Assembly: GCA_963836075.1 (NCBI GenBank)
Contig: CAWIIB010000001.1
Coordinates: 1,920,001-1,984,000 of the forward strand
DNA: 64,000 bases
Direction of reading: 5' to 3'
Origin: an uncultured Acidobacteriota bacterium
GTDB lineage: Bacteria > Acidobacteriota > JAQAZP01
The notes beneath the pieces are model-generated. The model did no database searches, had not been told where the DNA came from, and worked only from the letters and a program-made list of their open reading frames with translations. The position numbers and the translations under genes were made by a program. Position 1 is the first letter of the stretch. The number at the start of each line of letters is the position of its first letter. Positions 9,354 to 19,249 of this stretch are shown in pieces.

Positions 9354-10952
9354 TCACGGCGCGAACCCCGTCACCGTGCAAGTGGCCGTAGCGGTATCGC
9401 CGGCCGGCGGATAGGGCGGCTGGTTGTAGGGCGCGGACGTCACGTCCTCGACCACCAGCGTGAATACGTTGCTGCCGATGGTGAATCCCAGCGCCGGAAT
9501 CGTTGTATTCCAGCGAGTCTGGATTCCGCTGCCCGCGGCCACGTTGAAGTATCCGGCCCGCCAGTCGGGAAAGGACCGACCGCTGGCGAGCGTAACATCG
9601 AGGCGGCCGGAAATAATACGCGACCAACCGTTGTAGTTGTTGAATATCCGGACATTCATGTTGGTCTGGAATGGCACAACGCCGGCTTGCGGTTCACACT
9701 GCAACTCAGCGAAGATGGTTCCGCATTCGATGGCCGAGACACCGAAAAAGTAAACCGACCCTGAATAGGAGCCGTTGTCGTCATCATCCCGTGCCCCGAC
9801 CATGACAATGTCGCCGGAGAGGGCGACGGAGTGGCCGAAGTGGTCATCAGCCTGCCCGTCGGAGGCGAGCAGCTGGGCCTCCTCGTTCCAGCCGCTGCCG
9901 TCGTACTTGAAGATTCGCACCGAACCGGCATCGTGAGCCCGGTCGTCGTCATACCGAATCCCGACGAGTGCAAGGTCGCCTGAGATGGATGTGGACATGC
10001 CGAACCAGTCTCCGGCCGCCGCTCCCGCAGCGGTCAATTTGGCTTCCTCGACCCAACCGCCGCCGTCATAGCGAAAGACATAGGCCGATCCCGAGTCGGG
10101 ACCGTTGTCGTCGTCCCATGTCGCTGCGATCAGGGCGATGTCGCTGGAGAGGGAGATTTGATTTCCGAATCCGTCTGCCGCCGCCCCGTCGGCGGCGGTC
10201 AGCTTGGCCTCCTCGACCCACCCGCTGCCGTCGTGGCGGAAGACATACACCGATCCCGAGTCGGTGCCGTTGTCGTCGTCATTCATCGCCCCGATCAGGG
10301 CCGTATCACCGGAGAGAGAGCCTCTACTGCCGAACGAGTCCCCTGCCGCCCCATCGGCGGCGGTCAGCTTGGCCTCCTCGACCCAGGTGTTGCCGTCGTA
10401 CTTGAAGATGTAGGCCGACCCCGAGTCGGTGCCGTTGTCATCGTCGCCCATCGCCCCGATCAGGGCTGTATCACCGAAGAGAGAGACATTAATACCGAAG
10501 AAGTCCCCCGCCGACCCGTCGGAGGCGGTCAGCTTGGCTTCCTCGACCCACCCACTGCCGTCGAAGCGGAAAATATAGGCCGACCCCGAGTCGGTACCGT
10601 TGTCATCGTCGCGCCCCGACCCCACCAGGGCAATGTTGCCAAAAAGGGCGTTGGGACCGCCAAAGTGATCATCCGCCGCCCCGTCGGAGGCGGTCAGCTT
10701 GGTTTCTTCGACCCATTCAATGCCATCGCGATGGTAGACATACACCGACCCCGAGTCGGTGCCGTTGTCGTCGTCGCGCCATGCCCCGACCAGGCCGAAT
10801 TCGCCGGAGATGGAGACGGAACTTCCGAACAAATCACTCACAGCCCCGTCGGAGGCGATCCGCTTGGCCAGTTCACAGGAAACCTGGTCGGCCGGAACCG
10901 CCACGGGCACCAACAGAAAAGCTGTAACAAGCAACACTCCAATCCTGTTCAT
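9354..10952 (-). CDS. Secreted FG-GAP (integrin-alpha-type, 55-aa repeat) seven-bladed propeller protein with shared C-terminal domain
   Basis: Start ATG 10952 (MNRIGVLLVTAFLLVPVAVPA); seven repeats like KLTASDGAAGDxFGxSVSLSGDTALIGAxxDDDNGTDSGSAYIF; ends ...YNQPPYPPAGDTATATCTVTGFAP. Confidence 0.9.
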   Translation of the reverse strand: MNRIGVLLVTAFLLVPVAVPADQVSCELAKRIASDGAVSDLFGSSVSISGEFGLVGAWRDDDNGTDSGSVYVYHRDGIEWVEETKLTASDGAADDHFGGPNALFGNIALVGSGRDDDNGTDSGSAYIFRFDGSGWVEEAKLTASDGSAGDFFGINVSLFGDTALIGAMGDDDNGTDSGSAYIFKYDGNTWVEEAKLTAADGAAGDSFGSRGSLSGDTALIGAMNDDDNGTDSGSVYVFRHDGSGWVEEAKLTAADGAAADGFGNQISLSSDIALIAATWDDDNGPDSGSAYVFRYDGGGWVEEAKLTAAGAAAGDWFGMSTSISGDLALVGIRYDDDRAHDAGSVRIFKYDGSGWNEEAQLLASDGQADDHFGHSVALSGDIVMVGARDDDDNGSYSGSVYFFGVSAIECGTIFAELQCEPQAGVVPFQTNMNVRIFNNYNGWSRIISGRLDVTLASGRSFPDWRAGYFNVAAGSGIQTRWNTTIPALGFTIGSNVFTLVVEDVTSAPYNQPPYPPAGDTATATCTVTGFAP

Positions 10953-11128
10953 GACACGTCCCCCCCGCCCTCCGGGTTTTCCATCCATCCGCGGATGACC
11001 TGTGGGCGGTCGCCATCATTCATGGACCATGAGGGATTCCCCCCGGAATCTCGCCTGAGCCCCATCGCACCGCTTACAATTGTTGAAGTGAAAACCGACA
11101 AGGGAGAAATCCCAGATTCCCATGGATG

Positions 11129-11262
11129 AATCTAGAGCTTATCATTCGTAAAATCAATGACTATTTCACTCGCCATCATATCCGATCAGGAACTGTCGAT
11201 CTGGAGCACTGTGGCCGAGGGGGTTCGGGTTGCGACCGGCGTCCCCACCCTGCTGATGATGT
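11129..11262 (-). promoter_or_regulatory. Sigma-70-like promoter TTGATT-N17-TAGATT and conserved box (longer spacing)
   Basis: -35/-10 at 11157-11129; box at 11249-11262 lies in a 21-bp exact match (ccccaccctgctgatgatgtg) to 4623-4643. Confidence 0.55.
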
Positions 11263-11313
11263 GATCTCCCGATCACCAGTTGGGTCGGATCGATTGGCTG
11301 GACAGCCTCACGC

Positions 11314-11676
11314 TCACTCGTCCCGGTGCACGGTGTCCGGTGAGAAGGCGGGCAGGCAGACGGCCACGTATTCGGCGCCCCCCGGCTCCGGGGTACCGTA
11401 TCGGACCCACTCGCCGGGTGCGGTGACCACCGCCTGCCCGGCACGCACCTCGATGACGCCGTCTCTGTGCTCCACTCTGAGCATTCCGGCGAGCACAACG
11501 GTGATCTCTTCAAACTCCGGGGACTGACCCGGTTCCACCCAGCCTTCGGGCGAGGTCATTCTGGCTACGCTCACCGACCGGTGGCCGGAGTTGACCCGGC
11601 CGGCATACTCCTCGATCAGCTTTGGTTTGGTGCCGGCGGCCTCGATTGTTGCCGGCTGCTCGATCAGTCTGGGCAT
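11314..11676 (-). CDS. Cupin-domain protein
   Basis: KPKLIEEYAGRVNSG...SVARMTSPEGWVEPGQSPEFEEITVVLAG...GEWVRYGTP; AGGAGG RBS. Confidence 0.85.
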   Translation of the reverse strand: MPRLIEQPATIEAAGTKPKLIEEYAGRVNSGHRSVSVARMTSPEGWVEPGQSPEFEEITVVLAGMLRVEHRDGVIEVRAGQAVVTAPGEWVRYGTPEPGGAEYVAVCLPAFSPDTVHRDE

Positions 11677-11720
11677 GGTCGCCTCCTCCTGATGTGGAAT
11701 GATGCGCCATTGTACACGAG

Positions 11721-11744
11721 ACGGCCCGCCGCGGGGCGGGCCGT
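11721..11744. terminator. Perfect 10-bp GC hairpin after the receiver gene; possible terminator
   Basis: acggcccgcc-gcgg-ggcgggccgt; no clear U-tract on the minus strand. Confidence 0.4.
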
Positions 11745-11768
11745 TGTGTTTCGGCTATTGATTCGGGC

Positions 11769-12152
11769 TCAGGCCGTCAATTCGTCAACCAGTGCGAGAA
11801 ACTTATCCACGTCGATCGGCTTGGCCAGGTAGCCCTCGGGGGGCGGCACGCTCTTGCGGCTGGAGATGAACTTCTCGAAGTCGTCGGCCACACCGGTGAT
11901 GATGATCACCGGTACGCCCTTCATCTCTTCCATGCCCTTGATCTCGCGGTAGAGCCGCACGCCCGATTTCTCCGGCATGGTGATGTCGAGGGTGACCAGG
12001 TCGGGCACCGACTCCTTCAGCCGGGCCATGCCTTCTTCGCCGTTGCGGGCGATGACGGTCTCGAAGCCCTTGTCCTCCAGCACGGTGGAAAAGTAGGTAC
12101 AGGTGTCCGGCTCGTCATCCACGATCAGGACCGTTTTCTTCGCTTCACTCAT
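11769..12152 (-). CDS. Single-domain response regulator (receiver)
   Basis: LIVDDEPD, LVTLDITMPEKSG, IITG, YLAKP. Confidence 0.92.
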   Translation of the reverse strand: MSEAKKTVLIVDDEPDTCTYFSTVLEDKGFETVIARNGEEGMARLKESVPDLVTLDITMPEKSGVRLYREIKGMEEMKGVPVIIITGVADDFEKFISSRKSVPPPEGYLAKPIDVDKFLALVDELTA

Positions 12153-12317
12153 CTTTCACCTCCACCACGATGCATCAGACGGCGGGCCGGTCAGCCGGGT
12201 CCTTCGTCCTTTCAAGAATATAAGAGATCATGAATGCCGGAGTCGTTACTGCCGCCGGAAGGCCGGCAAAGTCTATGAAACCTAGTCTAACACAGCAGAA
12301 CCCCGGGTAACACCTGT

Positions 12318-13772
12318 TCAGACCACGTTGAGATCGCCAAACTCACCTTCTAAGGCGTCCTCGTCCTTCATCGGACGGTTCCGCGGGATGGTGACGATGA
12401 ACTTCGTCCCCTTGCCCGATTCCGAGTCGAGGGTGATCGACCCGCCGTGGGCCTGGGCGATCTTGTTGGAGATGAACAGTCCCAGACCGGTTCCCTCCGC
12501 CCCCTTGGAGGAGAAGAAGAGGCTGAACGCCTTCTCCCGGGTCTCGCCGTCCATACCGATGCCGTTGTCCTCGATCTCGAACCGCACGTGGTCGATACCG
12601 CCGCCAACGCTGAGCTTCACCAGGTGGGTCTTCTCCTGCTTGTCCAGGCGGCAGGCGTCCAGCGAGTTCTCGGCCAGGTTGATCAGCAGGGTGCGCACCG
12701 CCTTGGCGTCGCCTTCGAAGTTACCCGTTTCCGGGTCGATGGCGGTTTTCAGTTCCACGCCCTGCTCGGCGGCCTTGTCGGCCATGACCCCGCGAACCTC
12801 CTCCATCACATCCGCTGCGGCGAGGTGCTCCCAGTTGGGCTCGCGGTCCTTGGCATAGTAGAGGATGTCCAGCACCATGCTGCGGATGCGGCCCACGTTG
12901 CGCAGCACGATGTCCCAGCCCTTCTCCACCCGCTGCGGGTTGTCCTTTTTCAGGCCGTTGTTCACCAGGTAGATCCCGCCGTCGAGGCCGTTGATCAGGC
13001 CCTTGAGGCCGTGGGAGATGGAGCTGATCAGCAGGCCGATGGAGGTGAGCTGCGACTGAAGCTCGCGGATGCGGGTGATGTCGGCCCCCATCTCCATCAC
13101 GCCGCTGATCTCGCCCTCGGGGTTGCGGATCGGAGCGGTGTGCACCAGCACGTTGAGCAGTTTGCCGTCCTTGGAGGTGACCACCTCCTCGTGGACCCGG
13201 CGCTTGCCGTCACGGAAGGTGTCCTGGACCATGCAGGGGTAGCACTCCTCGTCGCGGCGCTTGTAGATCTCGTAGCACTTGCGGCCCAGGCAGCGGCCAA
13301 AGGTCTCCTTCAGCGCCTTGTTCGAGTCGTAGATGTTCAGCTCGCGGTCCTGGATCGAAATGTAGCAGGGCACTTCCTCGAACAGGGTGTGGTAGCGCTG
13401 CTGGCTGGCCCTGAGGCGCTTCTGCAGCGACTTCATCTCGGTGACGTCGGTGGACATCTCCAGCACGCTGGTGATCTCGCCGTTCTCGTCGCGGATCGGC
13501 TTGGTGTAGACCAGCACCGAGACCTCGGTGCCGTCCACACAGGTCACCGTCTCCTCGCTGCTGTGGCGCTGGCCGTCGGTGAAGGTCTTCATCACCGGGC
13601 AGACCTCGCAGCGCTCGGCCCGGTGCTTGTAAATCTGGTAGCAGTAGCGGCCCTCGAAGTCGCCGAAATCCTGGCGGAAACGGTCGTTGGCCGTGACGAT
13701 CTTCAGGTCGCGGTCCTGCACCGTCAGATACCCGGGCACCGCGTCGAAGTAGTCCTTGTATGGAAGCTCCAT
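12318..13772 (-). CDS. Cytoplasmic PAS-PAS histidine kinase
   Basis: Two PAS/PAC repeats each with C-x8-C-x2-C; H-box SISHGLKG; N-box NLAENSLDA; DNGIGM, FFSSKG, GTGLGL. Confidence 0.92.
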   Translation of the reverse strand: MELPYKDYFDAVPGYLTVQDRDLKIVTANDRFRQDFGDFEGRYCYQIYKHRAERCEVCPVMKTFTDGQRHSSEETVTCVDGTEVSVLVYTKPIRDENGEITSVLEMSTDVTEMKSLQKRLRASQQRYHTLFEEVPCYISIQDRELNIYDSNKALKETFGRCLGRKCYEIYKRRDEECYPCMVQDTFRDGKRRVHEEVVTSKDGKLLNVLVHTAPIRNPEGEISGVMEMGADITRIRELQSQLTSIGLLISSISHGLKGLINGLDGGIYLVNNGLKKDNPQRVEKGWDIVLRNVGRIRSMVLDILYYAKDREPNWEHLAAADVMEEVRGVMADKAAEQGVELKTAIDPETGNFEGDAKAVRTLLINLAENSLDACRLDKQEKTHLVKLSVGGGIDHVRFEIEDNGIGMDGETREKAFSLFFSSKGAEGTGLGLFISNKIAQAHGGSITLDSESGKGTKFIVTIPRNRPMKDEDALEGEFGDLNVV

Positions 13773-13804
13773 GGGTCCCCTCCGTGCGACTGCGATCCTC
13801 CCGA

Positions 13805-15560
13805 CTAATTCAGTTCGAGGATCTTGCGCACGTTGAACAGCAGTGTCTCCTCGTCACGGCTTGTCCAGGTAGCCCTCCGGCGCCGCCACGGAGCGGTCGT
13901 AGATCAGGCTGGCGCAGCTCGGGCCGGCCGGTGATCGATGCAGATCTTCGGGTGTCGGCCAGTTCCTCGTCCTTGCGGATCACCTCGAAGACCTCGCCCG
14001 CCGTCCTTGCCCGGCATGGCCAGGTCCAGGGTCACCAGGTCCGGCTTCTCGCGGCGCACCATCTCGAGGGCTTCGTCGCCGTTGGTGGCCTCGAAGACCG
14101 TGGCCCCGTTGTCCTCCAGCACCGTGGTGAAGAAGACCTGATGTCCGGCTCGTCGTCCACCACCAGGATCTTCTTCCCGGCGAGGGGCAAGGCCACCGGT
14201 TCGGCAGCCACTTCAGCGGACCACTTCGGCCTCGGGCTCCACCGCGGCGGGCATTCTCGTCGATGACCAGGGCGTTGGCCACCAGGTTCACCAGCTGGGT
14301 GACCTCCATGTCCAGCTTGTAGTGGCGGATCAGGTCGGTCAGCCCGTCCACGCAGTTGTGGCAGGAGGTGACCACCACCTTGGCCCCGGTGGCCTTGAGC
14401 TGGTCCGCCTTGACCTTGGCCGACTTCAGCCGCTGCGGGGTGTACTCCGACATGGACATGGCCCCGCCGCCGCCGGTGCAGCAGAAGTTCTCGGCGCGGT
14501 TGGGGTACATCTCGCGGAAGTCGGTGACACACGAGGTTCAGCAGCTCGCGCGGCTCCTCGAACAGACCGCAGCTGCGGGCGTTGTTGCAGGAATCGTGGA
14601 AGGTCACCGGCTCGGTGTTCTTGGTCTTGTCGACCTTGATCTTGCCCTCCTTGATGTAGCGGAGCATGGTGTCGACCGAGCTCTCCATCACGAAGGGCAC
14701 GTCGCGCTTGCCCCAGTTGGGACCCTCGCAACGGGTGGAGCGGTAGCCGTGGCCGCACTCGGAGATCACCAGCTTCTTGCCCCGCAGCTCCTCGACCTTC
14801 TCGTACAGCCGGCGGGCCACCGCACCGCCCAGGTCGTCGTCGCCGGAGAAGAGGCCGAAGTTGGTCATGTCCCAGCCCTCGCTGGGCATGGTCCAGTTCT
14901 CGCCGGCCACGTGGAAGATCTTGGCCGCGTCGGCGATGGTCCGCGGGTCGTACTTCACTTCCCGGGGGTTGATCGAATAGACGACGTCGGCGTCCTCCTT
15001 GTCGACCGGGATCTTCACGTCGGGGTCGTCCAGCTCGTCCTGCAGCTCCTCCTCCATCCACTCCAGCGTGTCGAGGTAGTCCTCCTTGAGCACGCCCATC
15101 TGGTTGCCGATCTCCCACTGGTCCTTGCTGACCACCGCCACGCCCTCGGGCATGATGCCCACCGACACCAGCAGGCCCCGGGCCATGCGGTTGAAGGTGG
15201 CTAGGTCGACGCCCATCGGGCAGTTGATCGAGCAGCGGCGGCAGTTGGTGCACTTGCCGAAGACGATGTCTTTCAGCTCTTCCAGTTCCTCGTCGGTGTA
15301 GACGCTCTCCGCCTTGACCCACCAGGGGAACACCCGGCCGGTCCAGTCGAAGTGCCGCTTGAACAGCTTGCGGATCTTGTCCGCCTTGTATGCCGGCTGC
15401 GTAGGTCGGGATCGCCGGGGTTGGCCAGCACGTAGTGGCACGAGTCGGTGCACATGCCGCAGTGCACGCAGGCGACCAGCGAGCTGGCGATCTGCCGGTT
15501 GAGCTTCTGTTCCAGCCGTTCCAGGACTTTTGTTGCTTTATGTGATCTTTCCTTCGCCAT
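13805..15560 (-). pseudogene. HdrD/HmcF/TmcB-like Fe-S protein (2x[4Fe-4S] + CCG domains) fused to a C-terminal receiver domain; multiple frameshifts, probably sequence errors
   Basis: Stitched across frames: CVHCGMCTDSC, CTNCRRCSINCP, SECGHG, FHDSCNNAR, CCTGGGG, TSCHNC, then ILVVDDEPD...LVTLDLAMPGKDG...GYLDKP...RKILELN* (TAG 13807-13805). Confidence 0.8.
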
Positions 15561-15612
15561 GTTCCTCTCCGGTTTGGGAAAAGGTTCCCGGTTCTGTCAG
15601 CTCATCAGCTCC

Positions 15613-16293
15613 TCACGCTTTCCCTCCGCGCACGATGGGGAAGACGCCCCGCCGGCCCAGGGTCTTTCCCAGGTAGTAGCGGGTGAAGGGGTAGTAGAGG
15701 TAGTGCGAGATCTTGCTGAACGGGACGTAGACCAGGAAGAAGGCCGTCATCCAGAAGTAGATCAGCAGTATGGTTTCTCCGCCGGCATGGTTGTTCGGTG
15801 CGGCCAGACCGGCAAAGAAAAACCAGACGGTGAGCAGGAACAGCGAGAAGTGGTCATCGGGGGTGCTGATCGCCCGCATGTGCTTCGATCCGAAACGGCG
15901 AAACACCCGGAGCAGCGCCACCAGGAAGGCGGCGAAGCAGAGCGCCTGGATCGTCTTGACCACGGCCGCCGACTCCAGCAGAGCCGGGGCGTAGGGGATG
16001 ATGAAGGAGAGCGCGATGGCCGCCACCACCCCCACGTGGAAAATGACGAACTGGATGTAGAGGAAGAACTTGGTCCTCGAACTCTCCATGGCCCAGGGCT
16101 GGGCGATGTTGAACCAGGAATAGAGGATGCTCGCCCTGGGCGTGGCGCTTCCCCGGGTGCCGGAGGGCGCTTGCCGCTCCTTGCCCGCCGGGAACTTCAT
16201 GATCCAGCGCAGACGCATGATGTAGACAATGGCCATGAAGAGCAGGGCGAATTCCTGCAGCCGGTGTGAGGCAAAGTGTAACGCTTCGCTCAT
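15613..16293 (-). CDS. NarI/HmcE/TmcC-like integral membrane (cytochrome b-type) subunit
   Basis: ATG 16293 overlaps the upstream stop (ATGA); about 5 TM helices; FHVGV, RAISTPDD, YVPFSKISH motifs; directly upstream of an HdrD-like gene. Confidence 0.75.
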   Translation of the reverse strand: MSEALHFASHRLQEFALLFMAIVYIMRLRWIMKFPAGKERQAPSGTRGSATPRASILYSWFNIAQPWAMESSRTKFFLYIQFVIFHVGVVAAIALSFIIPYAPALLESAAVVKTIQALCFAAFLVALLRVFRRFGSKHMRAISTPDDHFSLFLLTVWFFFAGLAAPNNHAGGETILLIYFWMTAFFLVYVPFSKISHYLYYPFTRYYLGKTLGRRGVFPIVRGGKA

Positions 16294-16844
16294 TGGTTTG
16301 ATCCTTCCCTTCCTTCGTTCAGGCCGTTGAGCGCCTCGGCAAAGGGCTCGTATTCCAGGGTGTCGATGACCCGGATGATGATTTCCTTCAGCTGGCCGCC
16401 GTTGTTTACATGGTCCCGGATCGTTTCCAGCATCACCTCGGCGCACATCGGCCGGGCGAGACCGTAAAACCCGGCGCCCATGGCGGGGAGGGCCAACTGC
16501 TTGAACCCCTTCTCCTCTGCCGCGGCCAGCGTGTTACGCACGGTCAGCGCCAGCTTCTCGTCCATGTCGGCCTCGAGAAACTTGGGGCCCACAGCATGGA
16601 TGATGTGACCGGCCTTCATGTTGCCCGCCTCGGTAACCACCGCATCACCAATCTGCTTCTCACCCAACTCGTCCAGCGCCTTCTGGATCGTCGGGCCGCC
16701 CCGTGTGGCAATGGCATTGCCGAACCCGGACATCAACTTCAGGTCCTCCCGGGCATAGAACACGAAGGCTTCCACCTCAAAATCGGTGATGTCTCCCTTT
16801 TCCAACTTCACCGTGCACCCGTTGATCTCTTTGGTAATAGACAT
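16290..16844 (-). CDS. Macrodomain (Appr-1''-p/ADP-ribose-binding) protein with degenerate active-site loop
   Basis: GDIT, AVVTEAGNMKAGHIIHAVGP, LALPAMGAGFYG. Confidence 0.88.
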   Translation of the reverse strand: MSITKEINGCTVKLEKGDITDFEVEAFVFYAREDLKLMSGFGNAIATRGGPTIQKALDELGEKQIGDAVVTEAGNMKAGHIIHAVGPKFLEADMDEKLALTVRNTLAAAEEKGFKQLALPAMGAGFYGLARPMCAEVMLETIRDHVNNGGQLKEIIIRVIDTLEYEPFAEALNGLNEGREGSNQ

Positions 16845-16862
16845 CCCTTGCCCCTGTGTGAG

Positions 16863-17078
16863 TTAACCCTGATCGACATCCCACACCCCTTCGTCGAGGT
16901 GCAGGGCCCGTTCCTCCTCCGCCAGCCGTCGGAGCTTGTAGGCCATGTCCCGCAGAGTCCCGTAAAGGACACCGCAGCTGCGGTCCTTGCGCTCGTGGTC
17001 TCCCTCGTCGGCCAGCATCATCATCTCCCGCGACATTCGCAGGACCTTGACAATGTTCGTGTTTTGCGTTTCGGCCAT
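16863..17078 (-). CDS. Small helical hypothetical protein (71 aa)
   Basis: ATG 17078 with GAGG RBS, just downstream of the sigma-54 promoter; LADEGD...SCGVLYGTLRDMAYKLRRLAEEE. Confidence 0.75.
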   Translation of the reverse strand: MAETQNTNIVKVLRMSREMMMLADEGDHERKDRSCGVLYGTLRDMAYKLRRLAEEERALHLDEGVWDVDQG

Positions 17079-17115
17079 TGGTTCATCCTCTGTTGTTGAA
17101 ACCGGGGATATATAG

Positions 17116-17131
17116 AGCAAAAGATGTACCA
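17116..17131 (-). promoter_or_regulatory. Sigma-54 (-24/-12) promoter
   Basis: TGGTACATCTTTTGCT on the minus strand: GG-N10-GC, 37 nt before the first operon start, next to a bEBP gene. Confidence 0.8.
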
Positions 17132-17429
17132 TTTATCCCCCAGACGGACAGAACATATTAACTGTTGTAATTAATGATCTTACGCAAAATAATAGAAATC
17201 GATCCCGTGACAGGTGGTACACTTTCATCCCCCGATAATGTTACATATCATCCCTGTATCAGGTGTGGTCACTTGCAGCCGAAAGATCTGGCCAAAGACA
17301 GAGAAGTCAATTAATGCATTATCTGTCAAGCATTAAAGAGGCAGGCCAGGAGGAGGGCACAAAACCTGGGATGGGGATGGCAGGTTTAAAAACCGTCCAT
17401 AAATAATTATGTTACGATAGTGTATTATG

Positions 17430-19169
<1,740 letters not shown>

Positions 19170-19249
19170 GTCACTCCTCCATGTCGGATAGCAACTATCG
19201 ATTGTACAGGATGTCCGGGAGGCGGGGAAAGGGGCGGGGGGCGCCCGGT

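Noticed and set aside
4690-10952. Periodic nucleotide repeats as a CRISPR array or DGR template/variable repeats
   Set aside because: The repeats are in-frame FG-GAP coding units (55 aa in 9354..10952). There are no unique spacers, cas genes or reverse transcriptase, and I saw no adenine-specific pattern.
615-11310. Array of co-oriented genes as integron cassettes
   Set aside because: No RYYYAAC...GTTRRRY attC-like palindromes after the stop codons, the genes carry their own promoters, and no integrase is present.
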